In this document: one piece after another, positions 30,759-39,712 of the stretch
Numbering within the stretch: position 1 is the stretch's first letter
Layout: each line of letters opens with the position of its first letter
Assembly: GCA_016927565.1 (NCBI GenBank)
Contig: JAFGMK010000018.1
Location: forward strand, 13,119-77,118
Origin: Minisyncoccota bacterium
GTDB lineage: Bacteria > Patescibacteriota > Microgenomatia > PFEM01 > JAFGMK01
Direction: 5' to 3'
DNA: 64,000 nucleotides
Notes under the pieces: model-generated
Database searches by the model: none
The model's input: only the letters and a program-made list of their open reading frames with translations
Told to the model about the DNA's origin: nothing
Made by a program: the position numbers and the translations under genes

Positions 30759-30954
30759 CTTGCCTCTAATTTTACAATTTTTCTGCCCGGGAAACAAGAC
30801 TTGATTGGCTGGCGCGGCAATTTGGAGAATGAACGATTGCAGGTCGATCCGGTGATTTAGGATTAAAGGATGAAAACGATTCGAGATTGGAAAAGCGCTT
30901 CCGAGATAAATCAATAAAAAAGGAAATGGGCAATTATTGGATCAGAGAGTCTAA

Positions 30955-31341
30955 TTAGTTAGTAGGTTCGGGAAGGGTAAAGATGGTGACATTGAGGCCG
31001 GTGATCAGCTTGATGGCCTGTAAAATGAGCCAAGCGGCCAGAATAACGGCTAAGCCAATCACTGCGTAAGTTAGGGTTCCGCTCGCTTTTTGAGCCTGTT
31101 TGGGGTCTTCGCCGGCAGTTAAATACTGAAAACCGCCGATTACAAACATTACTAAAACCCCCATTCCGGCCAGGGTGGTGACAACCATCACTACCCGTCG
31201 GAAAACAAACTCCAAGTCATAAATCTGAGCCGGTTGATCAGTTTGGGACCAGCCGGAGACCGGAGAGAGTTCCAAAAACAAGGTTAAAACAAAAAAAGAC
31301 CCCCAGAAGAATAATTGATTTAAAGTTTTTTTTAATTTCAT
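30955..31341 (-). CDS. VirB2/TrbC-like T4SS pilin
   Basis: Signal peptide, then TM-GGFQYLTAGEDPKQAQKASGTLTYAVIGL-TM. Confidence 0.85.
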   Translation of the reverse strand: MKLKKTLNQLFFWGSFFVLTLFLELSPVSGWSQTDQPAQIYDLEFVFRRVVMVVTTLAGMGVLVMFVIGGFQYLTAGEDPKQAQKASGTLTYAVIGLAVILAAWLILQAIKLITGLNVTIFTLPEPTN

Positions 31342-31360
31342 TAGTTTTTTAAACCGACTC

Positions 31361-31413
31361 TCCAAGTTATCTCCCGTTCTTTCCGCTGGGGGGAGAACGG
31401 GAGATAATCTTGG
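31361..31413 (-). terminator. Strong hairpin after the putative major pilin
   Basis: TTATCTCCCGTTCT / AGAACGGGAGATAA 14-bp perfect stem, extendable; no long U tract. Confidence 0.6.
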
Positions 31414-31422
31414 ATTTGCCGC

Positions 31423-31830
31423 TTAGCTGGCAACACTCAGGTCGCTCAGGTTAAGCTGAAGCAGACTGACACCAAAGAACATCTGAATCAATTGGATAAT
31501 TGCCCAAGAACCAAAGACAATTAAAAGACCAACCAGGGCGGCAGTGATGGTGTTACGGGCGGCTTCGGTTTTGCCCTTGTCGCCACCAGAGGTGATCCAC
31601 TGGATACCGCCGTAGATCAAAAAGCCAAAAGCGATCATAGCGGCAATGACCAGTGCCAGAACAATCAAACTCCTGATCATTCGGGGAAGGCTGATGTTGC
31701 CTAAACTGGCGAATTGGTCACTTGGTGAAATGTTAAACGTCAAGTCATCGGCCAATACAGGGCTAGCGGCCGTAATCAACGGCAGAGCTGCCAAAGCCAG
31801 AACCCCGGCTGTTTTAATCAGTTTTTTCAT
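31423..31830 (-). CDS. VirB2/TrbC-like T4SS pilin (probable major pilin)
   Basis: GGIQWITSGGDKGKTEAARNTITAALVGL; strong SD (AAGGGGGGTGA); clear signal peptide. Confidence 0.88.
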   Translation of the reverse strand: MKKLIKTAGVLALAALPLITAASPVLADDLTFNISPSDQFASLGNISLPRMIRSLIVLALVIAAMIAFGFLIYGGIQWITSGGDKGKTEAARNTITAALVGLLIVFGSWAIIQLIQMFFGVSLLQLNLSDLSVAS

Positions 31831-31941
31831 ATTTTTCACCCCCCTTCAAATTCTCAAAAAAAGACTTTATTATTTAATTTTTAAAAAAAAAGATTGCTAA
31901 GTCAACCCGGTCAGCCCGATTTCATCTAGAAAACCGGTTTT

Positions 31942-32301
31942 TTAGGAACTGACCGTCGGTAGTTTAATCTGAATTAGATTAATTCCAAATATTGCTCCGA
32001 TTGCTTTTATTATAGCAAAAAGGGAGAAGAGAATAAAGAGTCCGAGAAGCGCCTGGGCAATCTTGTCTTTGGCCTGCGCCAGCAGGGCTTTGTCACCGCC
32101 GGCGCTCATCCAGTGATAAGTACCCATTACCAGATAGAGGAAAGCGGATAAAAAGCCGATAATTAATAGGGTTGTAACGGTAATTGAAATAATTTTTCCT
32201 AAAATTTCAACCCCGTCACCGCTGCCCAGAACCGGCAGGGCTTCGTTGACAATTCCTTGAGCTAAAACAGCTGAACTAATCAAAAAGGTTAAGAGCCCCA
32301 T
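31942..32301 (-). CDS. VirB2/TrbC-like T4SS pilin
   Basis: GTYHWMSAGGDKALLAQAKDKIAQALLGL. Confidence 0.85.
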   Translation of the reverse strand: MGLLTFLISSAVLAQGIVNEALPVLGSGDGVEILGKIISITVTTLLIIGFLSAFLYLVMGTYHWMSAGGDKALLAQAKDKIAQALLGLFILFSLFAIIKAIGAIFGINLIQIKLPTVSS

Positions 32302-32657
32302 ATGTCTCCCAATAGGCTGCCGGGCTGAAGGATGGAAAAGCCCAAAACAAAGCCTAAGACTGAAATAATGGCGTAGGCGGCCACCAGGACAACCAGGCCG
32401 ATAACGGCTTGAACAATTTTATCTCGGGCTTTCTGGAGTTTATTTTTATCGCCGCCGGCTTCGATCCATTGGAAAGCGGCAGTGATAAAAATAAATAGGA
32501 AATAGATGCCTCCGCCAATTGTCATAATCCCGATTATTACTGAGATTACTTTTTCCAAAAGGGAAAGGGGTTCGGCCGGGTTAATGTTGGTATACATCGG
32601 GCCGACGCCGACAAAGTTGCCCAGACTGACCGAACTGGCATGCACTTTTCCGATCAT
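32289..32657 (-). CDS. VirB2/TrbC-like T4SS pilin
   Basis: AAFQWIEAGGDKNKLQKARDKIVQAVIGL. Confidence 0.85.
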   Translation of the reverse strand: MIGKVHASSVSLGNFVGVGPMYTNINPAEPLSLLEKVISVIIGIMTIGGGIYFLFIFITAAFQWIEAGGDKNKLQKARDKIVQAVIGLVVLVAAYAIISVLGFVLGFSILQPGSLLGDIWGS

Positions 32658-32681
32658 ATTTTTTAAAGAAATTAATTTTGA

Positions 32682-33029
32682 TTAGTTAGGTGTATAAATT
32701 TTCGGATTGATAATCGCGGTCGGATCATTAAAGATAAGCCAGCCCAAGATAGCCGCCAGAGCCAGGGAACCGGCAACTACCGCTACTCCTAAAAGTGATT
32801 GCCAAATTTTGTTCCAGGCCTGGACAACTTTGTCCATATTGCCGTCGGCATTAAGAAAGCCGTAGCCGGCAGTGATAACATTGAAAAGAGCCCAGATACC
32901 GCTGAAGACAATGATGGTTCTTAAAAGGTTGTTAGCCAGGATAATAAGACCCTGGCCTTCAGTGCTGGGGTAAGAATCGGGGCTGATTGTTGCCCAGGGA
33001 TCGCTGATAGAACCGAAAACAGTCAGCAT
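32682..33029 (-). CDS. VirB2/TrbC-like T4SS pilin
   Basis: AGYGFLNADGNMDKVVQAWNKIWQSLLGV; ATG 33029 abuts the upstream stop. Confidence 0.82.
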   Translation of the reverse strand: MLTVFGSISDPWATISPDSYPSTEGQGLIILANNLLRTIIVFSGIWALFNVITAGYGFLNADGNMDKVVQAWNKIWQSLLGVAVVAGSLALAAILGWLIFNDPTAIINPKIYTPN

Positions 33030-33030
33030 T

Positions 33031-33357
33031 CTAAAAAATAGGATTAAGAATATCAATGCCGGTAATGGCGCCGATAATCTGAATTATCCAATAAGAACTA
33101 ATAATAATCAAAAAACCTACGATGGCAACGGTAACCATTCCTTTATTTTTGGCAAAACCTTCTTTTTCACCTTTGCCTGCGTTCATGATAATCCCAAACC
33201 CGCCAGCGATCAAGAGGAAGAAAAAGATAACCCCGGCGAGAATATAAATGTTGGGCAGCATTACTTGAATTAGGTGACCGAAGGAAGTAAAAACCGGCGG
33301 ATTAAGGTCCGGTTCAAAGATATCGACGCCGCCGCCGGCGAAAACAGGTTTAATCAT
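33031..33357 (-). CDS. VirB2/TrbC-like T4SS pilin
   Basis: GGFGIIMNAGKGEKEGFAKNKGMVTVAIVGF...SYWIIQII. Confidence 0.82.
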   Translation of the reverse strand: MIKPVFAGGGVDIFEPDLNPPVFTSFGHLIQVMLPNIYILAGVIFFFLLIAGGFGIIMNAGKGEKEGFAKNKGMVTVAIVGFLIIISSYWIIQIIGAITGIDILNPIF

Positions 33358-33459
33358 GATTATAATTTTAACTGAAAGGAAGTTTGTTTTGCAAATTAGG
33401 AGGGGTTGTTGGCCGAAAATCTTGTTCTTTTTATTCTGGTCGATCAGACAGCTCCCTCC

Positions 33460-33494
33460 GGTCCCGGATCGAAATCCGCAGACGGTCCGGGATC
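33460..33494. repeat. GATCCCGGATCG-family palindromic repeat
   Basis: GGTCCCGGATCG-AAATCCGCAGA-CGGTCCGGGATC. Confidence 0.7.
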
Positions 33495-33581
33495 ATTATC
33501 TTTGTTAAAGGCATGAGTAATTACGGAGTCGGATGTTTAGAAAGAGGATTTAAAAAAAATCGTGTTATACTAGCAGGCACT

Positions 33582-34646
33582 GTGGATGTAAAAAAATACT
33601 TGGCTTCTTATCGGGAAAGGGCTGGTCGGTTTATCGATTCCTTCTTTGAGGTTGAGGCAGAAAAAGCAGCTCTGGTTTCACCTTTTTGCGCCGAGTTAAT
33701 GAGAATCTATCAGAAGTTTGCCAAGGGGGGGAAGATGGCTCGAGGGGCGTTGGTGTGTTTAGGGTACCAATCGATTGGCGGAAAGGATCATTCAGCGATT
33801 TTAGCCCCCTCAATAGCCGTCCAGCTAATTCATTCTTTTTTATTAATCCACGATGACTGGATTGATGGAGATTTAAAGCGCTATGGCCAACCGACGGTTT
33901 ATAAACAGATTGAGAAGATTTATGGAGAACGCTTTAAAAAGGGTGATCGTCAGCGCTGGTCCGGAGGATCGGCTTTTGTTCTGGGAGACATTGGTTGCTT
34001 TTTGGCCCATAAGTTGATAGCAGATTCAGATTTTCCTGCTCGGGCAAAGGTGAGGGCGATTTCTTTCTTGTCGCAGAATCTGGTTCAGACTGGTCATGGG
34101 GAAATTTGGGACATTACCTATGATTTAGTGACTGGTTTTTCCTGGGATGAAATAGTCAAAATCCGGAAACTAAAAACTGCTTACTACACTTTGGTGATGC
34201 CGCTTCAGGTAGGGACTTGTTTGGCTGGCGGGAGTCAGGCGGAGCTTAAGGCGGCCGAAGAATACGGTTTTCCGGTGGGGATTGCTTTCCAGTTGCGGGA
34301 TGACTATCTGGGCCTGTTCGGGGATGAGGTGAAAACCGGCAAATCGGCCAGTTCGGATTTACGGGAAGGAAAAAAGACTTTAATAATTGCCAAGGCGCTT
34401 GAGATTTTAAAAGGGAAGGAAAAAAAGATTTTGAAGCAAGCTTTGGGAAATAGAGAATTGACTGGGGAACAAATTAACCAAGTAAGATTAATTATCAAAG
34501 CCTCAGGAGCGGTAGACGATTGCCAGAACCTGGCTCAAGAGCTAATTGAAAAGGGTAAAAAAGCGATTCCAAAACTAACGAGTGATAAGAGCCTGCAGGA
34601 AATTTATGCCAGTCTGGCGGACTATTTAGTCAATCGGGAGAAATAA
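33582..34646 (+). CDS. Polyprenyl (GGPP/FPP) synthetase
   Basis: GGKMARG, LIHDDWIDGD...RYG, KTAYYT, FQLRDDYLG, DLREGKKT; GTG 33582 follows TGTTATACT. Confidence 0.92.
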   Translation: MDVKKYLASYRERAGRFIDSFFEVEAEKAALVSPFCAELMRIYQKFAKGGKMARGALVCLGYQSIGGKDHSAILAPSIAVQLIHSFLLIHDDWIDGDLKRYGQPTVYKQIEKIYGERFKKGDRQRWSGGSAFVLGDIGCFLAHKLIADSDFPARAKVRAISFLSQNLVQTGHGEIWDITYDLVTGFSWDEIVKIRKLKTAYYTLVMPLQVGTCLAGGSQAELKAAEEYGFPVGIAFQLRDDYLGLFGDEVKTGKSASSDLREGKKTLIIAKALEILKGKEKKILKQALGNRELTGEQINQVRLIIKASGAVDDCQNLAQELIEKGKKAIPKLTSDKSLQEIYASLADYLVNREK

Positions 34647-34682
34647 AAAGATAACTCAGTTTCTTTAACAATCCAGGATTAT

Positions 34683-34722
34683 CCGATCCCGGAAGGGAAA
34701 TCTGCAGACGATTCGGGATCGG
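34683..34722. repeat. GATCCCGGATCG-family palindromic repeat
   Basis: CCGATCCCGGA-AGGGAAATCTGCAGACGA-TTCGGGATCGG. Confidence 0.7.
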
Positions 34723-34853
34723 GGAGAACTAATTACAAAGCAAACAGCCCAGGGGTGTTTGCAGAATTAATGCTAATCACTCCTGCAAGGTGGCACCCTG
34801 CCATCGGCGGGGATAACTTCTTGAAGTGTGTGATGGTTAGGAGGGATTGAAGA

Positions 34854-35426
34854 ATGCGGGAGAGCATAACCAACCGGGTGATTCAAAAAGCGATTTTCGG
34901 TGATAAGACGGCCCAGGGGGAAATTTTTAAAGGCTATAGGAAACGGGTTTTGAATTTTATTCTTCAGCGGGTTGAAAATTTGGAGGATGGGGAGGAAATT
35001 TTGCAGGAAACTTTTATTTCCGTTTTTGAGGCTTTGCCCTTTTATTCAGCTCGTTCAACATTGCTGACCTGGATTTGCGGCATTGCCCGGCATGAGGTGG
35101 CTGATTTTTACCGCAAAAAAAAGATAAAAACGGTTGTTTTTTCCTTTTTTCCCGGCTTGGAAGGGTTTGTCAGTCGAGCCTTATCGCCGGAGGGGATTCT
35201 GGAGCAGAAAGAAGCCAGGGAAAAAATTAAAAAAATTCTGGCGCTTTTGGCCGAAGGATATGAGCAGGTTCTGCGACTAAAGTATATTGAGGGCTTTTCG
35301 GTTGCTCAGATTGCTCAGGAACTGGATGAAACTCAAAAAGCAATCGAATCCCGGTTGACCCGGGCCCGGGAGGCCTTCGGGAGGCTTTATGTCGTTATCA
35401 ATTCAAAAAGCCAAGAAGGAGATTAG
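34854..35426 (+). CDS. ECF RNA polymerase sigma factor
   Basis: EEILQETF, TWICGIARH, region 4 LKYIEGFSVAQIA...SRLTRAR. Confidence 0.9.
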   Translation: MRESITNRVIQKAIFGDKTAQGEIFKGYRKRVLNFILQRVENLEDGEEILQETFISVFEALPFYSARSTLLTWICGIARHEVADFYRKKKIKTVVFSFFPGLEGFVSRALSPEGILEQKEAREKIKKILALLAEGYEQVLRLKYIEGFSVAQIAQELDETQKAIESRLTRAREAFGRLYVVINSKSQEGD

Positions 35427-35790
35427 TTTTTTAAAAAGATTGTTTTTATTAGTAGGCTTCCGGCAGGTCTATTTTTTTTTGAAAAATCTTCTGGGGATGA
35501 TAATTCATCCCAGGTTGACAACCGCTAAGATCTTAAAAAACCGTGATTACTCCCAAGCCTTTTTAGTTTTTGGCCTGCCTATTGGTCTTTGGTTGGTGCT
35601 TTTGGGTGTTAGCTTTGTTGGCTGGTATTTTCTGCGGCCAAGTAACTGGTTTTTTTATTTAGGCTTGGGCTTTTTTCTGACGTTTTCTCTTTTTCTGCTG
35701 GTATTAGTGCTGTACGACTTTTATTGGGTGGGGAAGTACTTTGAAGGAAAAAGGAGAAAAGAGGAAAAAAAAGGGGGGTGGAGGAGTTAA
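35389..35790 (+). CDS. Hypothetical membrane protein (possible anti-sigma)
   Basis: 2-3 TM; overlaps the sigma gene. Confidence 0.65.
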   Translation: MSLSIQKAKKEISFLKRLFLLVGFRQVYFFLKNLLGMIIHPRLTTAKILKNRDYSQAFLVFGLPIGLWLVLLGVSFVGWYFLRPSNWFFYLGLGFFLTFSLFLLVLVLYDFYWVGKYFEGKRRKEEKKGGWRS

Positions 35791-36044
35791 TTGTGGGAGT
35801 TGCGCAGTTTTATCGGTTGAGAAACCAATTTCTTCGTTTGGAAGGCGAAGAATGTTTAAGTGAGGGTTGTCGGGATGGGGAAGGAAAGGGCGGTTGCAAG
35901 ATGTTTCCGCCTCATGATGTTTGTCGGAGGTGTGGAGGAACTGATCCTCAAAGGGTCTACAGATTAGATGGAGATAAACCAACGCTGCGGGAAGTCCGGT
36001 TTCCGGTTTTAGCGCGAGTTGGCGGACGAGAGAGGGGCGGATAA
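35778..36044 (+). CDS. DUF35/ChsH2 N-terminal-like Zn-ribbon protein
   Basis: RLEGEEC...C...FPPHDVCRRCG; no OB fold. Confidence 0.6.
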   Translation: MEELIVGVAQFYRLRNQFLRLEGEECLSEGCRDGEGKGGCKMFPPHDVCRRCGGTDPQRVYRLDGDKPTLREVRFPVLARVGGRERGG

Positions 36045-36090
36045 GGGCTTTGTTTTTTTTATAAAGCTGCTTGTATTTAAGGAGAAAAGA

Positions 36091-36852
36091 ATGGAAAAGG
36101 GAATCGGGGCTTTTGATCCTGCTCTTTGGCCAGATCGATCAAAAGGTTATAAAGAATTAGGTTGGGTAAATGCTCGGGGGCCGCTTGAAAAGATGGTGGA
36201 GTTGATTGCGCCTAGGGGAAATGAGATTATTTTGGATGTTGGAACCGGGACTCAGGCGATTCCTAAAGAACTGGCGCCTTTATTGCCTGATGGTTCTATT
36301 CTGGCTTTTGATCTTTCTGCAGATATGTTAAGAGCTGATGGGACGACGAGTGCTGATTTGTTTAGAGCTGATGCTCATCAGATTCCTTTGGCTGAGGGAA
36401 GTGTTGATGTGGTGACAGCAAGAATGATCCTTCACCATTTAGAAAAACCCGATGTGGCTTTGGAAGAGATGTGCCGGGTGTTGGTTCCTGGTGGATTTAT
36501 GGTGGTTAGTGAATATGTGGCTATAGATGAAGAGATTTGGACGTTCGAAAGGGGAGTTTTTGATATTAAGGAGCCAGGAAGACATCTTTGGACTGGGGAT
36601 CAATTGGCATCTTTAATATCTTCGACTTTGGGAGTGGCGGTGGAATTGGACTATGCAATGATGCCGAGATATAGTGTGAGAGATTGGATGGGGAAGAGCG
36701 GATTGTCACCGGAAGTTCAAGAAAGAGTTTTGAATTGTTACCTTTGCGCACCTCAAACAATTGTTAAAAAGATGGGAATTGTTTATTCTGATGGTGATGC
36801 TTTGGTTGATCGTTCTTTTGGTTTTGTTAGAGCGTTCAAACAAGATGAATAA
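36091..36852 (+). CDS. Class I SAM-dependent methyltransferase (UbiE-like)
   Basis: ILDVGTGT, FDLSADML, ADAHQIPL, RVLVPGG; SD AAGGAG before ATG 36091. Confidence 0.88.
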   Translation: MEKGIGAFDPALWPDRSKGYKELGWVNARGPLEKMVELIAPRGNEIILDVGTGTQAIPKELAPLLPDGSILAFDLSADMLRADGTTSADLFRADAHQIPLAEGSVDVVTARMILHHLEKPDVALEEMCRVLVPGGFMVVSEYVAIDEEIWTFERGVFDIKEPGRHLWTGDQLASLISSTLGVAVELDYAMMPRYSVRDWMGKSGLSPEVQERVLNCYLCAPQTIVKKMGIVYSDGDALVDRSFGFVRAFKQDE

Positions 36853-37447
36853 AAAGCAATTACAACAGATTGAAGAACTGGCCAGAGTCTTTTATAAAAA
36901 GACGGGCAATTACCATGATTGGGGTCATGTCTTGGCGGTAAAGAAGCATATTTTAAATTTACTGAGGGAGATTGACAGAGCCAATGAAAATCTTTTGTTG
37001 GCGGCATGTTATCTTCACGACATTGGTCGCTCGGTTAAGGATGAAGGTCATCCGGCTGAAAGCGTCCGTCTAGCAAGCCCCTTGCTTAAGAAAGTTGGTC
37101 TTAGTAAAGCGGAAACAGATATTATTTTAGATGCGATTGAGTTTCACACAGCCCCTGAGATTTGTCAGGCAAAGACCTTGGAGGCAAAGATTCTTTTTGA
37201 AGCAGATAAGCTGGAGATTCTTTCAGTGGCTGGTTTTTTGCGGACCCTACTGTTTGTAATTGAAGAAAGGAAGATGAGTTTGTCAGCAGGGCTGGATTTT
37301 CTTTGGAGTTATGCCCGAGAGGTACAAAAGAAATATCTTTGGACAGAGAGAGCTAAGAGTGTTGCCAAAAGGGAGATGAAAGTACTTGGTCAGGTTTATA
37401 TCTTTTATAAAAGATGGCAAAGCCGATATTGGAAACAAAAGGAATAA
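36845..37447 (+). CDS. HD-domain phosphohydrolase
   Basis: HDWGH...LHDIGR...GH...EADKL. Confidence 0.88.
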   Translation: MNKKQLQQIEELARVFYKKTGNYHDWGHVLAVKKHILNLLREIDRANENLLLAACYLHDIGRSVKDEGHPAESVRLASPLLKKVGLSKAETDIILDAIEFHTAPEICQAKTLEAKILFEADKLEILSVAGFLRTLLFVIEERKMSLSAGLDFLWSYAREVQKKYLWTERAKSVAKREMKVLGQVYIFYKRWQSRYWKQKE

Positions 37448-38202
37448 CTGTGAAAATTAGAAGCCAGTTAAAACTGGATCCGAAAAAAATTCCTGCCCAT
37501 GTGGCGATTATTATGGACGGGAACCGGCGTTGGGCGGCTAAACACGGTTTGGGGCCGGTCGATGGCCATTGCCAAGCGGCTCAAGAAGCGATTGAGCCCC
37601 TGATCAAAGCAGCAATTGGGTTGGGGATTAAGTATTTAACTCTCTGGGCGTGGAGCACCGAAAACTGGCGCCGGGATAAAATTGAAGTGAACGGGATCAT
37701 GAAGCTTTTCAGTAATGGTCTTAAAGACAATCTGGAGCGGTTTCAGAAAATGGGAGTGAGGTTGAATTACCTGGGTGATTTGTCCCGCTTTTCGAAGGCA
37801 ATCAGCCGGCGGGTTTTAAATCTGGTTAAGAAATCAAAAGAGAACAAGGTGATCACCGTGACTTTTGCGCTAAACTATGGCGGCCGGGATGAGATTTTAA
37901 GAGCGGTTAAAAGGCTGATTAAGACGGGAAGAAAAGTTTCTGAGATTGATGAGAATCTTTTTGCCAGTTGCCTTGATACTGCCGGAATGCCTGATCCGGA
38001 TTTGGTCATCAGGACCGGTGGCGCCAATCGTCTTTCCGGATTTTTACCCTGGCAGGCAGTTTACTCGGAGTTTTACTTTACGCCGGTCCTGATGCCGGAT
38101 TTTACTCCCGGGAAGCTTAAGAAGGCGATTGCTTCTTTTCAGAAAAGGGAACGCCGCTTTGGCGGCGGCAGTTTTTCTGTTTACCGGAAAAATAAGGGAT
38201 AG
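37414..38202 (+). CDS. uppS: Undecaprenyl diphosphate synthase
   Basis: HVAIIMDGNRRWA, WSTENW, NYGGRDEI, DPDLVIRTGG..RLSGFLPWQ. Confidence 0.96.
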   Translation: MAKPILETKGITVKIRSQLKLDPKKIPAHVAIIMDGNRRWAAKHGLGPVDGHCQAAQEAIEPLIKAAIGLGIKYLTLWAWSTENWRRDKIEVNGIMKLFSNGLKDNLERFQKMGVRLNYLGDLSRFSKAISRRVLNLVKKSKENKVITVTFALNYGGRDEILRAVKRLIKTGRKVSEIDENLFASCLDTAGMPDPDLVIRTGGANRLSGFLPWQAVYSEFYFTPVLMPDFTPGKLKKAIASFQKRERRFGGGSFSVYRKNKG

Positions 38203-38221
38203 TTTCTGAGAAAGGAACTTT

Positions 38222-38839
38222 TTAAAGAGATTCTGGAACTCCGGAAATGGTTTTGATGATTTGGTAAAGCCAGTAAGAAGCAATAACGATGGCGAAGCCA
38301 ATGACGGCGTTGGTTAAAATCTTTTGGCCGGCCGCGGCCGATTTGGGATCGCCGCTGGAGGTCAAAAGCTGGAAACCGCCCTTGATGATAAAGACCAAAA
38401 GAATCAGGCCGGCGGCAACGAACAGATAGGGTAAGATTTGACCAATTACGCCACCCAGGCTCTCATTGGCAAAGGTAAAGCCGGGGGTTTTGAGGAAATC
38501 AGGCAAGTCATCGTAGTCCGGCAACCCCGAACCTATCGGAGAGCCAAGTGTTGGAGTCGGGAGAACTGGAGTGGGAGTAGGATCGCTGGCTAGCTGGCAG
38601 ATACCGCGCGGGTTGGTATCCCAACAAACTTCAACGCCGACCTCGCAGGAAATGGGACCACTGCTTCCTGGAGTTATGGTGTAGCAGTCGTTTTGACTGG
38701 GTCGGTAATACCAGTTTTCCGGACAGCAGAATCCGCCGACGGTGGCTTGAGCCTGCGGCTTGGTTAAAAGAGTAATCAATGGAAAAATAACCAAAAGCAA
38801 AAAGATTATTTTTGCGAAGAAGAAGAATTTCTTTTTCAT
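38222..38839 (-). CDS. VirB2/TrbC-like pilin with N-terminal Cys-rich module
   Basis: Signal, CCPENWYYRPS..C..TPGS..PISC module, PTPT linker, GGFQLLTSSGDPKSAAAGQKILTNAVIG. Confidence 0.82.
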   Translation of the reverse strand: MKKKFFFFAKIIFLLLVIFPLITLLTKPQAQATVGGFCCPENWYYRPSQNDCYTITPGSSGPISCEVGVEVCWDTNPRGICQLASDPTPTPVLPTPTLGSPIGSGLPDYDDLPDFLKTPGFTFANESLGGVIGQILPYLFVAAGLILLVFIIKGGFQLLTSSGDPKSAAAGQKILTNAVIGFAIVIASYWLYQIIKTISGVPESL

Positions 38840-38860
38840 TGTCTTGATAAATCCGTAAGC

Positions 38861-39601
38861 TTAATCCAATCCCGGTATCTGCAATATGTTGACGCCGATG
38901 AGCCTTAAAATGAAGATGGCAAAGATGATTAACAGGAGTCCGCTGATGGCGGCGGTTAAAAGCTCTCTGCCGGCCTGGACCCGCTCAGGTTTGCCGGAAG
39001 CAGTCAAAATCATAAAGCCGGCAATGACCATAAGAATAAAGGCAACTCCACCGGCAATGGCCATGGCGCGACCGATGAGCCAGGGACTAAACTGGTCAGC
39101 TCTGGTCGGAATGCAACCCAAGGCGGTCTTGGTTCCGGTAAGCTCGCCATTAATGAGACATTGAACATCGGGTAATTTTCTGGCTTGGCATTCACAACCA
39201 ATGCAGTTTACGGTATCAATGATGACCGGCCGGGTGTCTTCGGGACAGCGGCCGACCTCGTCGTTTTGGATGGGAACACAGCCGAAAAAGGTTTTGTTAG
39301 TTCCGCAGCCGCCGCCTTCGGGAGTGCGGGTCGGAGTGGGCTTAGGAACAGCACAGGCGCCGGCATTGTCAGGGGTCTGTTCACAAATTTCCCCGGGGTC
39401 GCAATTAATGGGTTGTGAAGTTCCCGGAGTTCGACCAATGCAGCGGCCGGAGCTAGGAGAATAATAATACTCGGACGCGATATCACAACAAGGGTCACCA
39501 GGAGCGGCTTGAGCCTGAGATTTTATAACTGAACCCATCAGTGGGAGGAGAATTAAGAGCCAAACAGCGGTTTTCGTTAAAAACGAAACAATCCTTTTCA
39601 T
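38861..39601 (-). CDS. VirB2/TrbC-like pilin with extended Cys-rich N-terminus
   Basis: Signal, CCDIASEYYYSPS..C..TPGT..PINC module, KTALGCIPT, AGFMILTASGKPERVQAGRELLTAAISGL. Confidence 0.82.
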   Translation of the reverse strand: MKRIVSFLTKTAVWLLILLPLMGSVIKSQAQAAPGDPCCDIASEYYYSPSSGRCIGRTPGTSQPINCDPGEICEQTPDNAGACAVPKPTPTRTPEGGGCGTNKTFFGCVPIQNDEVGRCPEDTRPVIIDTVNCIGCECQARKLPDVQCLINGELTGTKTALGCIPTRADQFSPWLIGRAMAIAGGVAFILMVIAGFMILTASGKPERVQAGRELLTAAISGLLLIIFAIFILRLIGVNILQIPGLD

Positions 39602-39712
39602 ATGCTTTAATTTTAACATAAAAAAGATTCCAGATACAAGAGGGAAGCGAAGACCGCCCTCAAAAAGATGGTATTATAAAAAAGGCAGAATAGTCAAATA
39701 GCAAAAAGGCGG

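Noticed and set aside
33384-33581. N-terminal extension of the polyprenyl synthetase
   Set aside because: Runs through a palindromic repeat and the promoter; GTG 33582 is the more plausible start.
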